Source of the DNA: Entomortierella parvispora E1425
Taxonomy: Eukaryota; Fungi; Mortierellomycota
DNA length: 64,000 nt
NCBI GenBank assembly: GCA_020891255.1
Contig: BQFW01000001.1
Coordinates: 2,542,001-2,606,000 of the forward strand
Reading direction: 5' to 3'
Shown: positions 26,101 through 37,845 of the stretch, piece by piece
Numbering within the stretch: the first letter of the stretch is position 1
How the letters are laid out: every line of letters starts with the position of its first letter
The notes under the pieces: model-generated
Told to the model about the DNA's origin: nothing
Database searches by the model: none
The model's input: the letters and a program-made list of their open reading frames with translations, nothing else
Position numbers and translations under genes: made by a program

Positions 26101-26248
26101 GGCTGCAAGCAAGGACGGATCACCTCGGGGCGGCATCCAAGTGGAGGACAATGATGTTCTCATGGATATTGACAGGTCCATGCTGAAAGAGCTATTCCAA
26201 TCTATGCCCAACGTTGCAGAAAACTTGAACGAACTCTTGGAGAGATAG
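23125..26248 (+). CDS. Crinkler-type effector-like protein, about 895 aa: CRN N-terminal domain, P-loop NTPase, putative PD-(D/E)xK nuclease; exons 23125-23569, 23675-23704, 23789-24492, 24576-25159, 25231-25566, 25660-26248
   Basis: YWCVMKGETTEDSFSVNLSPTATVDELKRAIK...LILWKRSIP...YIIVEQP (CRN N-terminus), PKRTREDDE linker, Walker A AVSGAGKT, Walker B AIAIDEA, and C-terminal MRPDGL...LFSAKFY...LRIHFVLP. All five introns are GT..AG and the exon sum of 2688 nt keeps frame. Confidence 0.85.
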
Positions 26249-26523
26249 CACAAAGACTCCCACATTACCACATAAATGAACCTGACCCTGATCACCATGG
26301 TGCTCATGCAAGGATCAACCACCTCACAATGAACGCTCAACAAAAGATTCTCAGATTTTTTCACTCTTTGGGCCAACATTTTGTTTTTGTTCAACCACTA
26401 TCAAACAACATCCTGCTACACCCTATGCAGATCAAGAGATGAAGCTTTTCGTGAACTTCATTCAGCATTCCCCCCACGCGCGACCAACGCGTTGCAAAGA
26501 GAGATGAGACGATAGAACGACGT

Positions 26524-27877
26524 TCATGTTGGAGCCGTGTCAGAGAGTAAAACGTAGAGCCGATCCATCAATTGTTGCCTTGATGGGTTCACCAGATTGG
26601 GCCAGTGGTCCAGAATCCACTGGAGCTCCTCTTTTCCATACTCCTGGAGGGTAGAGCCGGCGGATTGGACTTTGCGTAAACTCTTTAATTGGTCCAAACC
26701 GCAGTTGATCCTCCGGGGACATTTAACCGAGTGCTTGTCGCGAGGAGAAATGCTTTCCCATGTCTTCAATTGCGTCAGTTGGCTGATCTGGATCAAATAG
26801 TCTTGGGCCAACTTTGTCGAGAGGTCTCCAGAAGGGACCCAGAAGGATAACGTAAGGCTCTCGAGATCGTGACAAACCCAGGAACGGGATTCCATCTCGA
26901 GGTGACTTTCATGAAGGTCCTTTGCTTTAAAGACTTTCAGGCTGGGGAGACAGCACAACATCGTCATAATAGTGGATCCAGGTAAATCGTAGCAGCCTTC
27001 GAGATCCAAGTCAATCGGTGAAGGGATCTTAACAAGTCGTCGAAATCTTGGTCCTCAAATTGATCAGAAGGGATGCTCACATCCTCCAACTTTTGAATGC
27101 CGTCCCGCCTTGAGGATATTTGCCAACTGTCGCATCAGCGCCAGGCCTCTGACTGGACGAAGTCCAGAGTACCATTTCAGTCGAACAAGATCTGGACAAT
27201 CCTCCACAATCCAAGGCTGCAGTCCTAAATATCTCTTACCATAGCCATTGAGGATGGGGGCGAGGGTGAGCGCCACTCCTCAGCCAGTGTTGGGGTCGAA
27301 CCTTCAGGCCTCTTCTCGAGAATATACGGTCCATGCAGAGCAAAGGTTCGAAGCTGTGTTCGCAATTTTTGATATGGTTGGATCCACTGTGACACGCGAT
27401 CGAACTCTACCCTCTTAGAGAAGGTCAGCGTCTCCAATCTCGGACAATCCGACAGACTCTCAAAGACTTGTCCATCTAATGGGATAGCTATGGCCACGTT
27501 CCTCAGCGTTTCGCGGTGTCTCTGAATGATCTCAGCGAACAAAGAATCATACATCTTATCCACAAGGCGATTGCAAAGGACAGGTCCAGCGATGGTGAGA
27601 TCGGTCAGATTTGGATAGGTAACGGCCATGTTGGGACCTGATTCCGTTCCATACCAGAAGGTCAACTTGCGGATCAAGGAAGCAAGGTTATTGCATCCCT
27701 GGTTACTTCAATCTCTGCCCAGAGATGAGGCTTCAACGTGGAGTACCAATAGGGACAAACCTGTAGACACTGAGCCACACCATGACGGGGCAGGAACTGG
27801 ACGACGGAGAGCAGAATCTCGGGTATGGCGAGAGCGTCCTGGTTTGCCAATCTCCACTGTTCAGGCTGCATTTGCAT
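26524..27877 (-). pseudogene. Frameshifted F-box/LRR paralog of the 5073-6563 gene
   Basis: Starts MQMQPEQ...ALAIPEILLSVVQFL and is split across four ORF-track segments (27674-27994, 27225-27677, 27064-27276, 26524-27009) that align collinearly with the intact paralog. An internal deletion lies near 27010. Confidence 0.85.
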
Positions 27878-28138
27878 CGAGACGGATGATCGCGTCGTAA
27901 TCCTGTCGGTTTGAATGATGTAAAAACAAATGTGAATGCAAATGAAATGAACAGATGACCGACCTTCGACCTTGCCATTGGCGTGGCTGTGCATGCACTC
28001 ACTGCCAGATCAAATTTTTGTTGTTTGGCGAAAGATATTTTTTTTTGCTGAATGGATTCATTTGAAAGACTTGAACAAGAGTCCTGTTTTCACCGTCCCC
28101 TTCATACATGGGAGCTTTTCCTTCAAAGCTTGCAGTCT

Positions 28139-28300
28139 TTACGTCAAAGTCTGTCTCGATGGCTGTTCCAAATTGGGCCAGTGGTCCAGAATCCACTGGA
28201 GCTCGTCATGACCATAATGTTGGACGTTGTTGCCTACGGGCTGTACACTTCGTAGACTCTTCAATTGGTCTAAACCGCAAGACAAGGCCAGGAGCCTTGT
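28139..28300 (-). pseudogene. Isolated C-terminal fragment of the same F-box/LRR subfamily
   Basis: LSCGLDQLKSLRSVQPVGNNVQHYGHDELQWILDHWPNLEQPSRQTLT matches the tails of the 5073 and 26524 copies; no upstream homology. Confidence 0.75.
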
Positions 28301-28610
28301 GTTCTTGGCGGCAGTGGATGACCGACATGCCAGACAAGTAGGCAGGCAGATGAAGATGACCTTTGAAGAGAAAAGTGAAGAGTGAAGAGTGAAGAGTGAA
28401 GAAACAAAAGAAAGAGGGCAAGGGCCTGTATTTATATCACACGAGAAGGAGGGACAGTTCAATTTTTGATTGTTTCTCTGTCGTGCAAATCCCATGCAAA
28501 CAACTCTCACACCAGGTAGGGATGCCACGGCGAGAAAGGCGAGGTACCAGCGAGCGAGAAGAGCACCTCTCGCGTCAGAGTTGTAGGACATTCAGACTAT
28601 TTATTAAATA

Positions 28611-30415
28611 GAGACCATGCCAAAAACATCCATACCTCTGATTTGAATGTCCGGTTTCATATGGATCTCCACCCCTTAATAAAAGTTATGACTTTTCGCG
28701 CACTCAAGGGGAGAAAGGGACGCCACTCAGCTCTCTGGAGATGCAACTCCCATCTCTCTACCATGTCGGATCCTCGATTTAAACGGAATGCAGCACGACT
28801 GACTCGTAATGAATACTGCATTCTGGCGAACGTCCAAAGCTACTTGAATGGGACTGGGGCCTTCCACGAGCACCGTGGCAAAGTCACCGCCCGCAAGCGT
28901 CTTGCCCTCATAACTGGGATCGGTTCAGATACGGCGCGGAAAGCTATTCAGTTTTATAACGGCGTGGGGGAGGTTTCGGAGAAACGCATTGGTCGACCAA
29001 AACACATCATTGAGACTGACTTGGGCGCAGCCATTCGAGAATTTGTGTTGGCATGCAACAAAGATGGAGTGCCTGTGACAACGAATCTAGTTTTGAAGGA
29101 GCTGCGGGAAAAACACGGTATCGTTTTCGCGAAGCGAACCTTGGTCCGTCGATTAAAACGGCTAGGTCTTCATTACGGCAAAGGAAGCAGGAGGAATATC
29201 CTCCATGACTCCCAAGCGGTGATCGACTATCGTGATGTTTACATCGAGCGTCGCCTCTCGAATCTGAACCCCAAGGGTCTTCCAATTGTTCCTGAGGTGT
29301 TCCTTGATGAGTCATATTGTCATCTAGACCATCACAGTCTTCGGACATGGTTGCCTTCTGGAGGCTCTGTCAATGAGCGAGGACGAAAGCCAATGCTTGT
29401 CATTTTCGGTGCATTCGTGGTATTCCGAGTTGACAACAAGCTCAGGGCAGAGCTCGTCAAGAAAAGCATCCTCATCTGGCCGGTCAAGGGTCAATTGCGT
29501 GGTCGAGAGGGTGGACGTGCCGCAGACAACGAGCTATGGAAGACTGTTCCTGATTTTGTCCGAGAGGCGGGTATTGCCCCTGACTACCATGACTACCACG
29601 GTAACTTTGATGCGGATCTGTTTGAGCGATTGTTTGAGGCTCTGTGCACAACACTCCATGAAGACTATGGGCCTTGTCACATTCACATGGATGGCGCCAA
29701 GTACCATGTCCGCGAAGAGAATCCAGTACCGAAAGCAAGCTCCTGTGTGAGAGATATCCATTCGTGGTTCGAAAAGAATGGCATAGAGCTACCAACAAAT
29801 GACCGGGGCAAGATCAAGTCTAGACTCGAGCTTCTTGAGCACATCAAAGGTCTCAACATCCCCAAGACCTTTGCTTCATACCGAATTGCACACGAATACG
29901 GACACACCATTTGCAAGACACCTCCGTATCATTGCGAGCTACAGCCGATTGAAATGGTCTGGGGAATGGTCAAGAACCCAATTGCAGCCAATCCTAACTT
30001 GGACGAGACTGAGCTGTCACTGCGAAACCGCCTTTTGGGACTCTTCGCTGGCATTCAGGAGTCACAGCTTATTGCTGTTTGGAAAAAGACTGTCCAGGTT
30101 GGGAGGGACTATCGGATTCTCTACGAAAGACGACTCGAAAACAATGAAAACTACAGTGAAAGTGACGATGATGACCGCGAATTTGATAGTGACACAGACA
30201 ACAGTGAAATTTCTAGTGACGAGGAGGCATAGTATTTTCTATTTTTTTTCAGTACCATTGTTCTCAGTAGACATGACCCCAGTGAGTCCAGTCCATCATG
30301 GAACATCGTTTAGAGTCAATGAAGTTTTTAAAATCAGAAGAGAATAGAAAAAAAAAAGGCAGAGGGGTGTGAGAATTTAGGTTTTGTGAGGTATGGATAT
30401 TTGTGGCAAGATCTC
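28611..30415 (+). mobile_element. Complete IS630-Tc1-mariner DNA transposon (1805 bp) with 28-bp imperfect TIRs and TA flanks
   Basis: Left TIR 28611-28638 GAGACCATGCCAAAAACATCCATACCTC versus reverse complement of 30388-30415 GAGATCTTGCCACAAATATCCATACCTC (24/28 match). TA at 28609-28610 and 30416-30417. Paralogous empty sites lie near 35075 and 40395. Confidence 0.92.
28763..30232 (+). CDS. DDE transposase (489 aa), DD86E, Sailor-like
   Basis: VFLDESY, HMDGAKYH and TPPYHCELQPIEMVWGMVK catalytic motifs, with 86 residues between the second D and the E. N-terminal IGRPK and KRTLVRRLKRLG HTH-type region. Uninterrupted ORF. Confidence 0.93.
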   Translation: MSDPRFKRNAARLTRNEYCILANVQSYLNGTGAFHEHRGKVTARKRLALITGIGSDTARKAIQFYNGVGEVSEKRIGRPKHIIETDLGAAIREFVLACNKDGVPVTTNLVLKELREKHGIVFAKRTLVRRLKRLGLHYGKGSRRNILHDSQAVIDYRDVYIERRLSNLNPKGLPIVPEVFLDESYCHLDHHSLRTWLPSGGSVNERGRKPMLVIFGAFVVFRVDNKLRAELVKKSILIWPVKGQLRGREGGRAADNELWKTVPDFVREAGIAPDYHDYHGNFDADLFERLFEALCTTLHEDYGPCHIHMDGAKYHVREENPVPKASSCVRDIHSWFEKNGIELPTNDRGKIKSRLELLEHIKGLNIPKTFASYRIAHEYGHTICKTPPYHCELQPIEMVWGMVKNPIAANPNLDETELSLRNRLLGLFAGIQESQLIAVWKKTVQVGRDYRILYERRLENNENYSESDDDDREFDSDTDNSEISSDEEA

Positions 30416-30429
30416 TAACAACAATGTGA

Positions 30430-32864
30430 TCATCGAAGGGTTTCGAGACTCTGTCTTTCTTTGACCAAGATCGATTGAAAGTAAGCGTCAACATCCTTCC
30501 AAGCGCTCTCTCCAATACCGCGAACACGGAACGAAATGTACGAATCTGGTCGAACCACAACGATCGCTCCATCAGACTCCGGGTCAGCCTTGGGTGTCAT
30601 GAACCGCTTGGTTTTCTTGCCAACTTCATACCGACGATGCAGGACCCCATCGACATCCGTGTAGGCCATCCCTTCGCCAACCATCTTATTGCTCAGAGCA
30701 TTCTTTCCGAGAGCCAAAGTCGGTCCAGAAAGGGTAGTGAAGGTATGGACCATGAACAGGTGATGGCGGCTCGGATGTTTCACCACCTCATCCGTCGTGG
30801 ACCCATTGGGGGATGGCAACGATGCTGCCGACGTTGCAGGAGAACGCCACTGGGATCTCCAATGAGCGAGATAATGCTCCATGGTCTGAGAAAGAGCGGT
30901 CGCCGCGGAGGCTTGATGTTTCCAAAGATCATCAGTAAAGACCAAGACTTGGAACGCTGCAGGATGTCCAGCCATAAGGTCATGAAGTCGGATCATGTTC
31001 TGGTCCTTTGTGGCGGGCGCCACAGATCCGCTTACATCGCTTCTGTTAGAGCCGCCATCTTGACCGCTGTTGAAATCACTGCTTTCACTGCTGCCAGCAA
31101 GATTATGACCGAATGGAATAAGGAAGCCATCTCTGGCCCTTTGACCAGCCGCTCCTGGTCCTGACTGACTGGCCTTTTGAGTTGGGTGCTCCTTGTTCAA
31201 CGAGTTCAAGTGATATCGCAGAGGTATCTGATTCGTTCAGTCATAAGAAAATAAAGAAATGAGTGTTTAAGGAGCTGAATCTCACCTCGTCAATTACCCT
31301 TGAAGCCATTCTTTTCAACATCATAGCACAAGACATACCATGGATATGGGTGCCAACATGGGGGCAAGCAGACGTTCGGTGATTGGGTAAATGGCAATCA
31401 TGAAGCGTTTGATCGCCCTCTTGAACTTTGTGTCAAGACAGAACTCTTTATCAAAAGCGTTGGCAGTAACTTTGATGACGCTCTCCGACAGCGCGGGACG
31501 TTCCTCATTGTACGAATCCAGCAAGGAAGGGGGCGCAGTTCCGTTCAGGATCATGGCGAGTTTCCAGGAGAGATTGTAGGCGTCCTGAAGACCCAGGTTC
31601 AATCCCTGCCCTGCGGCGGGCGAGTGAATATGGGCTGCGTCGCCTGCGAGGATGATCCGATCCTGAAAAACGTACTCTTTTGCGTTCCGTTCATGGACGC
31701 GATAGTAAGTCAACCATTTCACAGTCAGGACCTTCATCCGACGTGGATAAACATGGGCGTCCAAGATGGGCTGAAATGTCTCCACAGTCAGGGTCTCGGA
31801 CTGGAGGGCCTTGAATTGTTCAGTAGTGAGGGTTTTGAACGTGTTGATCATCAACTGGACACGATTCTTCTCGCCCATTGGGAGAATGGCAATCCCTTTT
31901 CCATCAAAAAAACTATTTAGATTCATGCAAACAAAAAAAAAAAAAAAAAAAAGGAAGAAAACCGTAGAGAGCGCCGAAGTGGAGGTCAGTGCCAGTTGGA
32001 GGAACAATTCTTGACCTCCATTGTTCTTTTTTTTTATAGCACTTACTTGATACATGCACCATCGATCATGATGTCGGTGTCGACCGTGCCGTCAAAGACT
32101 ATCAACTCGTTGTCGCGCGTTATACCTGGGAAGGGCATGTTGATCTTATGACGGACCACAGAACGGCCACCATCTGCTCCAACCAAGTACTGAGACTTGA
32201 TCACTTTGTATTCGTATTGTTTTCCCTCTTCCTCGTCCGAGAGTTCAACGGCGCCCAAGAGTTTACTTTCGCATGTCCTATGGTTGGTGCCGGTCAACGT
32301 CCTCCGGACAATCGTCTCGACCCAAGATGTGGAGGACATGAAGCCATCTTCGTTGTTGTAGTCCTTCTTGTTTTCCAGGGTGTCCTCCCGCAATGCATGC
32401 ACGTCGCTTGCATGAACCACTTTGGTATCCATCAATTCCCATCCCCATTCAATCCCCATCTTTCCACCCGATGCCTTCTCGAGGGCCTTTTCCAGGATCC
32501 GGACCGTCCTTTCTTGCGACAACTGAAGCAACTTTTCAAAGAATGATTCATTCTTGGGTAACAGCCTGGCCTCCAGGACCATCTTGCCACCGAAATATTG
32601 GCGATAGGTTGGCAAGAGTTCGCCCTGCTCCATAAACTGTTGTAGCAACTCCGGATCAATGAGGTGAAGGACCTCCTGGGTTCGAGAATGGGTCCAGACG
32701 GATTTGGAAAGTGGTGAAAAGCAAAGCTCACGCTCAATGATACGACAGGGAATGTTCATCTTGGTGAGAAGGAGCGCGGTCAAGAGGCCGGTGGGGCCCG
32801 CACCAGAGATGAGAACAGGGATGTTTTCAGACGGCCCTGATACGGAGGGAATGACAGTGGACAT
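30430..32864 (-). CDS. FAD-dependent aromatic monooxygenase (PHBH/phenol-hydroxylase-like group A), copy 1; three exons
   Basis: VLISGAGPTGL, LVGADGGRS, RIILAGDAAHIHSPAAGQGLNLGLQDAYNLSWKL, LLDSYNEER and C-terminal thioredoxin-like IVVVRPDSY. Introns near 31913-32045 and 31228-31338 splice in frame. Confidence 0.9.
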
Positions 32865-33225
32865 GCTGCTGGGAGAATGGAGAGGTGTTGCAAGGTAGGA
32901 AATGGATTGATTGAGAGGAAGATTGTTGAAAGACAAAGAGAATAAAAGATGGGCAATGGGCTGCAAGGTTGCGGAAAAGATCCTTCTTTTTTTTTACTGC
33001 AAACTGTGGGGGCAATCCCGAGAGAGATTTTTCAAGATGATCGCCCAGTGTTGCAGCAAACTAACCTGGGAAAAGAGTTAACATGATCAAGGGGGGAAAG
33101 AAGCCGAAAGGGAGACGGAAGATCTGTTTGCATATGCCTCTCGACTGCAACTCCTATTTTTCGAGGTGATCTTCCTTTTTTTCTTTTGTCAAAGAGCTCT
33201 AGTCTAGGAAGCGAGGGCCAAAGGA

Positions 33226-34800
33226 CCGGCTCTTGTCCCATACTCTCAAGAGGCTTTTCTGGCTCTGGTCCCATGTTTCTGGAATGTCCACTTCATTGGA
33301 GGACTTTGCTTCACCTTCGTCGCCCAATGTCTCTGGAATAACAGCTTCTCCCGACAATTCCTCGTGAATATCCTCGTGAATATCCTCAGACTCTGTCGTT
33401 GATTCGACTGACTCGGCATCCTCCTCAACCCATGGTCGGGGTCCTTGTTGCGAAACTCTGGTTGCATCAGGGTCAGTTGCTTGTGGTCCACGGAGAACGC
33501 GTGGTGCCTTGGACGCCTTCGGAGTCTCCAGATCCTCGGATTCAGCCTCAGAAGCGGAAGCGGAGGCAGCAAGGTCGGTATTAATCTTTGTTCCTCCCCT
33601 AGCCACTCTGGAGCTCGCTTGCTTGGAGATGGCAGGAGTGTCGCCATCGGTTGTCTCGGGGGCTCTGGCCTGGCGCTTGATGACCTTGGTCGATCGCTTG
33701 GGGACAACGTCGCCCATCACAAATCGAGGCTCTTCAGCAGTCAGACGAAGCTCCTCATCTTCGGCAGCAGGGGTTGGTGGTGCCGCCTCTGCAAGGCTCA
33801 GTTCCAATGCATGCTTGATTTCCAGTTCTTCCAGTCGTCGCAGCGTTTCTGCCTCTGATTCTGTGGTGTCTTCGATCTTGAGTGGCAGCGCCTCAAGCTT
33901 CTTAGTCGGCAAAGGTTCGTTCTTTTTAGTCTCGCTCTTCTTGATCTGAACGCTGGCCAGAGCCTCGGCTGCCTCTGATGCCCAGTCGGATGTTCGTGGG
34001 GGGAGAGTTGGGCCAGACTGGGTGACCTTGCTGTTCTTATTGGGGGTCAGGGTGAGTTTGGGAGCTAAAGTCGAGGCGAATTCGGCATTGTTCACTTGAA
34101 GGCTGTCCAGGCTGGAGCCCGTTTTCTGATCTGTAGACAGTGCGACCGAGGGCTTTGCCTTGAGAGGCGAGGTAGGTGCCTGAACAAACTCGACGTCCGA
34201 GTCGGAATCCTCAGGTTCTGATGCCGAGTCCGTTGACGCTGTTGCTGTTCGAGACTCCTTGACTGCCAGAGTCTGGATCTCTTCCACTGAGGCCTGTGAG
34301 ACTTCCGACGTGGACCTGGCTGGTGGAGGTGGAGGTGGGGGGTGCACGACGACTGACTGGGGATCGACCATGACAAGCTGGTCCCAGTTCTCGAGGGCGA
34401 TTCTTGCAGCTTGAAGAATGTCCTCCGTCTTGCGGCCTATTTCAAACAAAAACAACAAAAGGAAGTCAGCAAGGTGAACATCACATGGGCCCCTTTCCTT
34501 CTCCTTGTGTGTCGTCAAGAATAATCTCCAACAGACAGCACCACAGCCGTGAGAGAAAAAGTCCGAGTTTCCAACAAGACCACATGCTTTGGCCCGTTCC
34601 TTTCTTTCTATCATTGTGTTCACTCACCATCAGCCACGGCACCTGGAGGCAAAGGAAGGTCGATATGGTCCAGTAACTGCATTCCATGCTCTCCAATGAT
34701 CTGCATCTTCTTTCCCAGCTCGATAATCGCATTCAGCTCCTCCGTGTAGGCACCCTTGATCAGCTGGCGCTTCAGGTGCTGCAACTTTATCTCTGTCAGC
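33226..34800 (-). pseudogene. Internal fragment of the Pil1/Lsp1-like gene (third cassette copy), truncated at both ends and carrying a 1-nt deletion
   Basis: Near-identical to about 44266-45840. It lacks the start and the Q-rich C-terminus, and reads ccagaaacatggg where the intact gene reads ccagaaacaatggg. Confidence 0.88.
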
Positions 34801-34802
34801 GC

Positions 34803-35080
34803 AGAGGGCTTCTGCACTGCTCCTTTAGAAGCGCGAGGTCCATTAAAGTGGTATCGTCGGATGGTAAGAGAACAGAGAGTAAAGAGAGCAAAGGGGGCGA
34901 AAACGCGTCTGTCTTTTTCTTTTTCTTTTCTGGCAGTCACAATGCGTGCGCGCCTACATCGCGATGGTGCTCTCGTGCCCTTTGGGAGACAGCTTCTCGA
35001 GTGCGTCTATACATTTCACATTGGCATGCTAGAACCTCTAGCGTCAGGGTTATTGGACATTCAGACTATTTATTAAACAA
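34803..35080 (-). pseudogene. Promoter and first 14 codons of the 38448-40157 F-box gene, fused to the Pil1 fragment
   Basis: ATG GAC CTC GCG CTT CTA AAG GAG CAG TGC AGA AGC CCT CTG versus intact MDLPPPKEQCRNPL; the upstream sequence matches about 40160-40400. Confidence 0.8.
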
Positions 35081-35108
35081 CAATATGGATACAATTTCAC
35101 TATCATGA

Positions 35109-37532
35109 TCACCGAAGAGTTTCGAGACTCTGTTTGTCTTTGACCAGGATCGATTGAAAGTAAGCGTCAACATCCTTCCAAGCGCTCTCTCCAATACCGC
35201 GAACACGGAACGAAATGTACGAGTCTGGTCGAACCACAACGATCGCTCCATCAGACTCCGCATCAGCCTTGGGTGCCATGAACCACTTGGTTTTCTTGCC
35301 AACTTCATACCGACGATGCAGGACCCCATCCACATCCGTGTAGGCCATCCCTTCGCCAACCATCTTATTGCTCAGAGCATTCTTTCCGAGAGCCAAAGTC
35401 GGTCCAGAAAGGGTAGTGAAGGTATGGACCATGAACAGGTGATGGCGGCTCGGATGTTTCACCACCTCATCCGTCGTGGACCCATTGGGGGATGGCAACG
35501 ATGCTGCCGACGTTGCAGGAGAACGCCACTGGGATCTCCAATGAGCGAGATAATGCTCCATGGTCTGAGAAAGAGCGGTCGCCGCGGAGGCTTGATGTTT
35601 CCAAAGATCATCAGTAAAGACCAAGACTTGGAACGCTGCAGGATGTCCAGCCATAAGGTCATGAAGTCGGATCATGTTCTGATCCTTTGTGGCGGGCACC
35701 ACAAATCCGTTTACATCGCTATGGTCAGAGCCGCCATCTTGACCGCTCTTGAAATTGGTACTTTCATTACTGCCAGCGAGATTATGACCGAAGGGAATAA
35801 GGAAGCCATCTCCGGCCCTTTGACCAGCCGCTCCTGGTCCTGACTGACTGGCCTTTTGAGTTGGATGCTCCTTGTTCAACGAGTTCAAATGATATCGCAG
35901 ATATATCTAATTTGTTCAGTCATAAAAAAATAAAGAAATGAGTGTTTAAGGATGCTGAATCTTATCTCGTCAATACCCTCGAAGTCATACTTTTCAATAT
36001 TATATAGAACAACACACACCATGGATTTGGGAGCCATTTTGCGAGCAATCAGAGGCTCGATGATTGGGTAAATGGCAATTATGAAGCGTAGGATCGCCCT
36101 CTTAAGCTTTGTGTCCAGACAGAACTCCTCATTAAAAGAGGTGGCAGTGAGTTTGATGACGGTCTCCGCCATCTTGGGACGTTCCTCATTGTACGAATCT
36201 AGCAAGGAAGGGGGGGGCAATTCCTTTCAGGATCATGGCGAGTTTCCAGGATAGATTGTAGGCGTCCTGAAGACCTAGGTTCAAGCCCTGCCCTGCGGCG
36301 GGCGAGTGAATGTGGGCTGCGTCGCCTGCGAGGATGATCCGATCCTGAAAAACATACTCTTTTGCGTTCCGTTCATGAACGCGATAGTAGGTCAACCAAT
36401 TCACGGTCAGGATCTTCATCCGACGTGGATAAACGTGTGCATCCAAAATGGGCTGAAATGTCTCCACAGTCAGGGTCTCGGACCGGAGGGCCTTGAATTG
36501 CTCAGTAGTCAGGGTGTTGAACGTGTTGATCATCAACTGGACACGATTCTTCTCGCCCATGGGGAGAACGCAAATCCCGTTTCCATCAAAATAACTAGAT
36601 TCATGCAAACAAAAAAAAAAAAAAAAAAAAAAAAGGAAGAAAGCCGTAGAGAGCGCCGAAATGGAGGTCAGTGGCAGCTAGAGGAACAATTCTTGACCTC
36701 TCCTTTTCTTTACTCACCTGACACATGCACCATCGATCAAGATGTCAGTATCGACCGTGCCATCAAAGACCATACACTCGTAGTCGCGCGTTATACCTGG
36801 GAAAGGCATGTTGATCTTATGACGGACCACAGAACGGCCACCATCTGCTCCTACTAAGTACTGCGACTTGATCACTTTGTATTCGTATTGTTTTCCCTCT
36901 TCCTCTTCCGAGAGTTCAACGGCATCCAAGAGTTTGCTTTCGCCTGTCCTATGGTTGGTGCCGGTCAACGTCCTCCGGAGAATTGTCTCGACCCAAGATG
37001 TGGAGGACATAAAGCCATCTTCGTTGTTGTGCTTCTTGTTTTCCACGGTATCCTCCCGTGATGCATGCATGTCGCTTGCATGGACCACTTTGGTATCCAT
37101 CAATTCCCATCCCCGTTCAATCCCCATCTTTCCACCCGATGCCTTCTCGAGACCCTTTTCCAGGATCCGGACCGTCCTTTCCTGGGATAATTGAAGATGC
37201 ATTTCAAAGAATGATTCATTCTTGGGTAACAGCCTGGCCTCCAGGACCATTTTGCCACCGAAATAGTGGCGATATTTTGGCAAGAGTTCGCCCTGCTCCA
37301 TACATTGTTGTAGCAACTCTGGATCAATGAGGTGAAGAATCTCTTGGGTCCGGGAATGGGTCCAGACGGATTTTGAAAGTGGTGAAAAGCAAAGCTCACG
37401 CTCAATGATACGACAGGGAATGTTCATCTTGGTGAGAAGGAGCGCGGTCAAGAGGCCGGTGGGACCAGCACCAGAAATGAGAACAGGGATATCTTCAGAC
37501 GGCCCTGACAAGAAGGGAATGACAGTGGACAT
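35109..37532 (-). CDS. FAD-dependent monooxygenase, copy 2; contains a +1 frameshift in a G homopolymer near 36210-36217 (pseudogene or sequencing error)
   Basis: Same motifs and intron positions as copies 1 and 3. The run is G8 here versus in-frame G7 in copy 3, which splits exon 2 into two ORFs. Confidence 0.8.
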
Positions 37533-37668
37533 GCTGCTCGGAGAAAGGAGAGGTGTTGCTAGGCGGGAAATGGATTGATTGAGAGGAAGATCGTTGAAAG
37601 ACAAAAGAATAAAAGATGGGCAATGGGCAGGAAGGTTGCGGAAAGATCCTTTTTTTTTACTGCAAAAT

Positions 37669-37845
37669 GTCCCAAAGCGAGAGTCTCGTAGTCGCTGATC
37701 TTGCGAATCAACAGGTCAAGTTTCAAAGGGACATCGCCCATGTCGTCCGTCTAGCAAACGAGAAAGTGTTGTATCTCTCTCTCTTTCTCTATGGTCATTA
37801 TCACCATCCTCTGATGATGAGTGCTGCTGTCCAAAAGGAAAGTGT
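37669..37845 (-). pseudogene. Short Pil1/Lsp1 relic (intron 1 plus start of exon 2), second cassette copy
   Basis: TDDMGDVPLKLDLLIRKISDYE versus intact TDDLGDVLLKLNLLIRKISDYE; the intron sequence matches about 46200-46250. Confidence 0.85.

Noticed and set aside
33199-34623. Independent 474-aa gene
   Set aside because: The ORF begins inside a Pil1 intron and is a truncated, frameshifted duplicate of 43139-45664.
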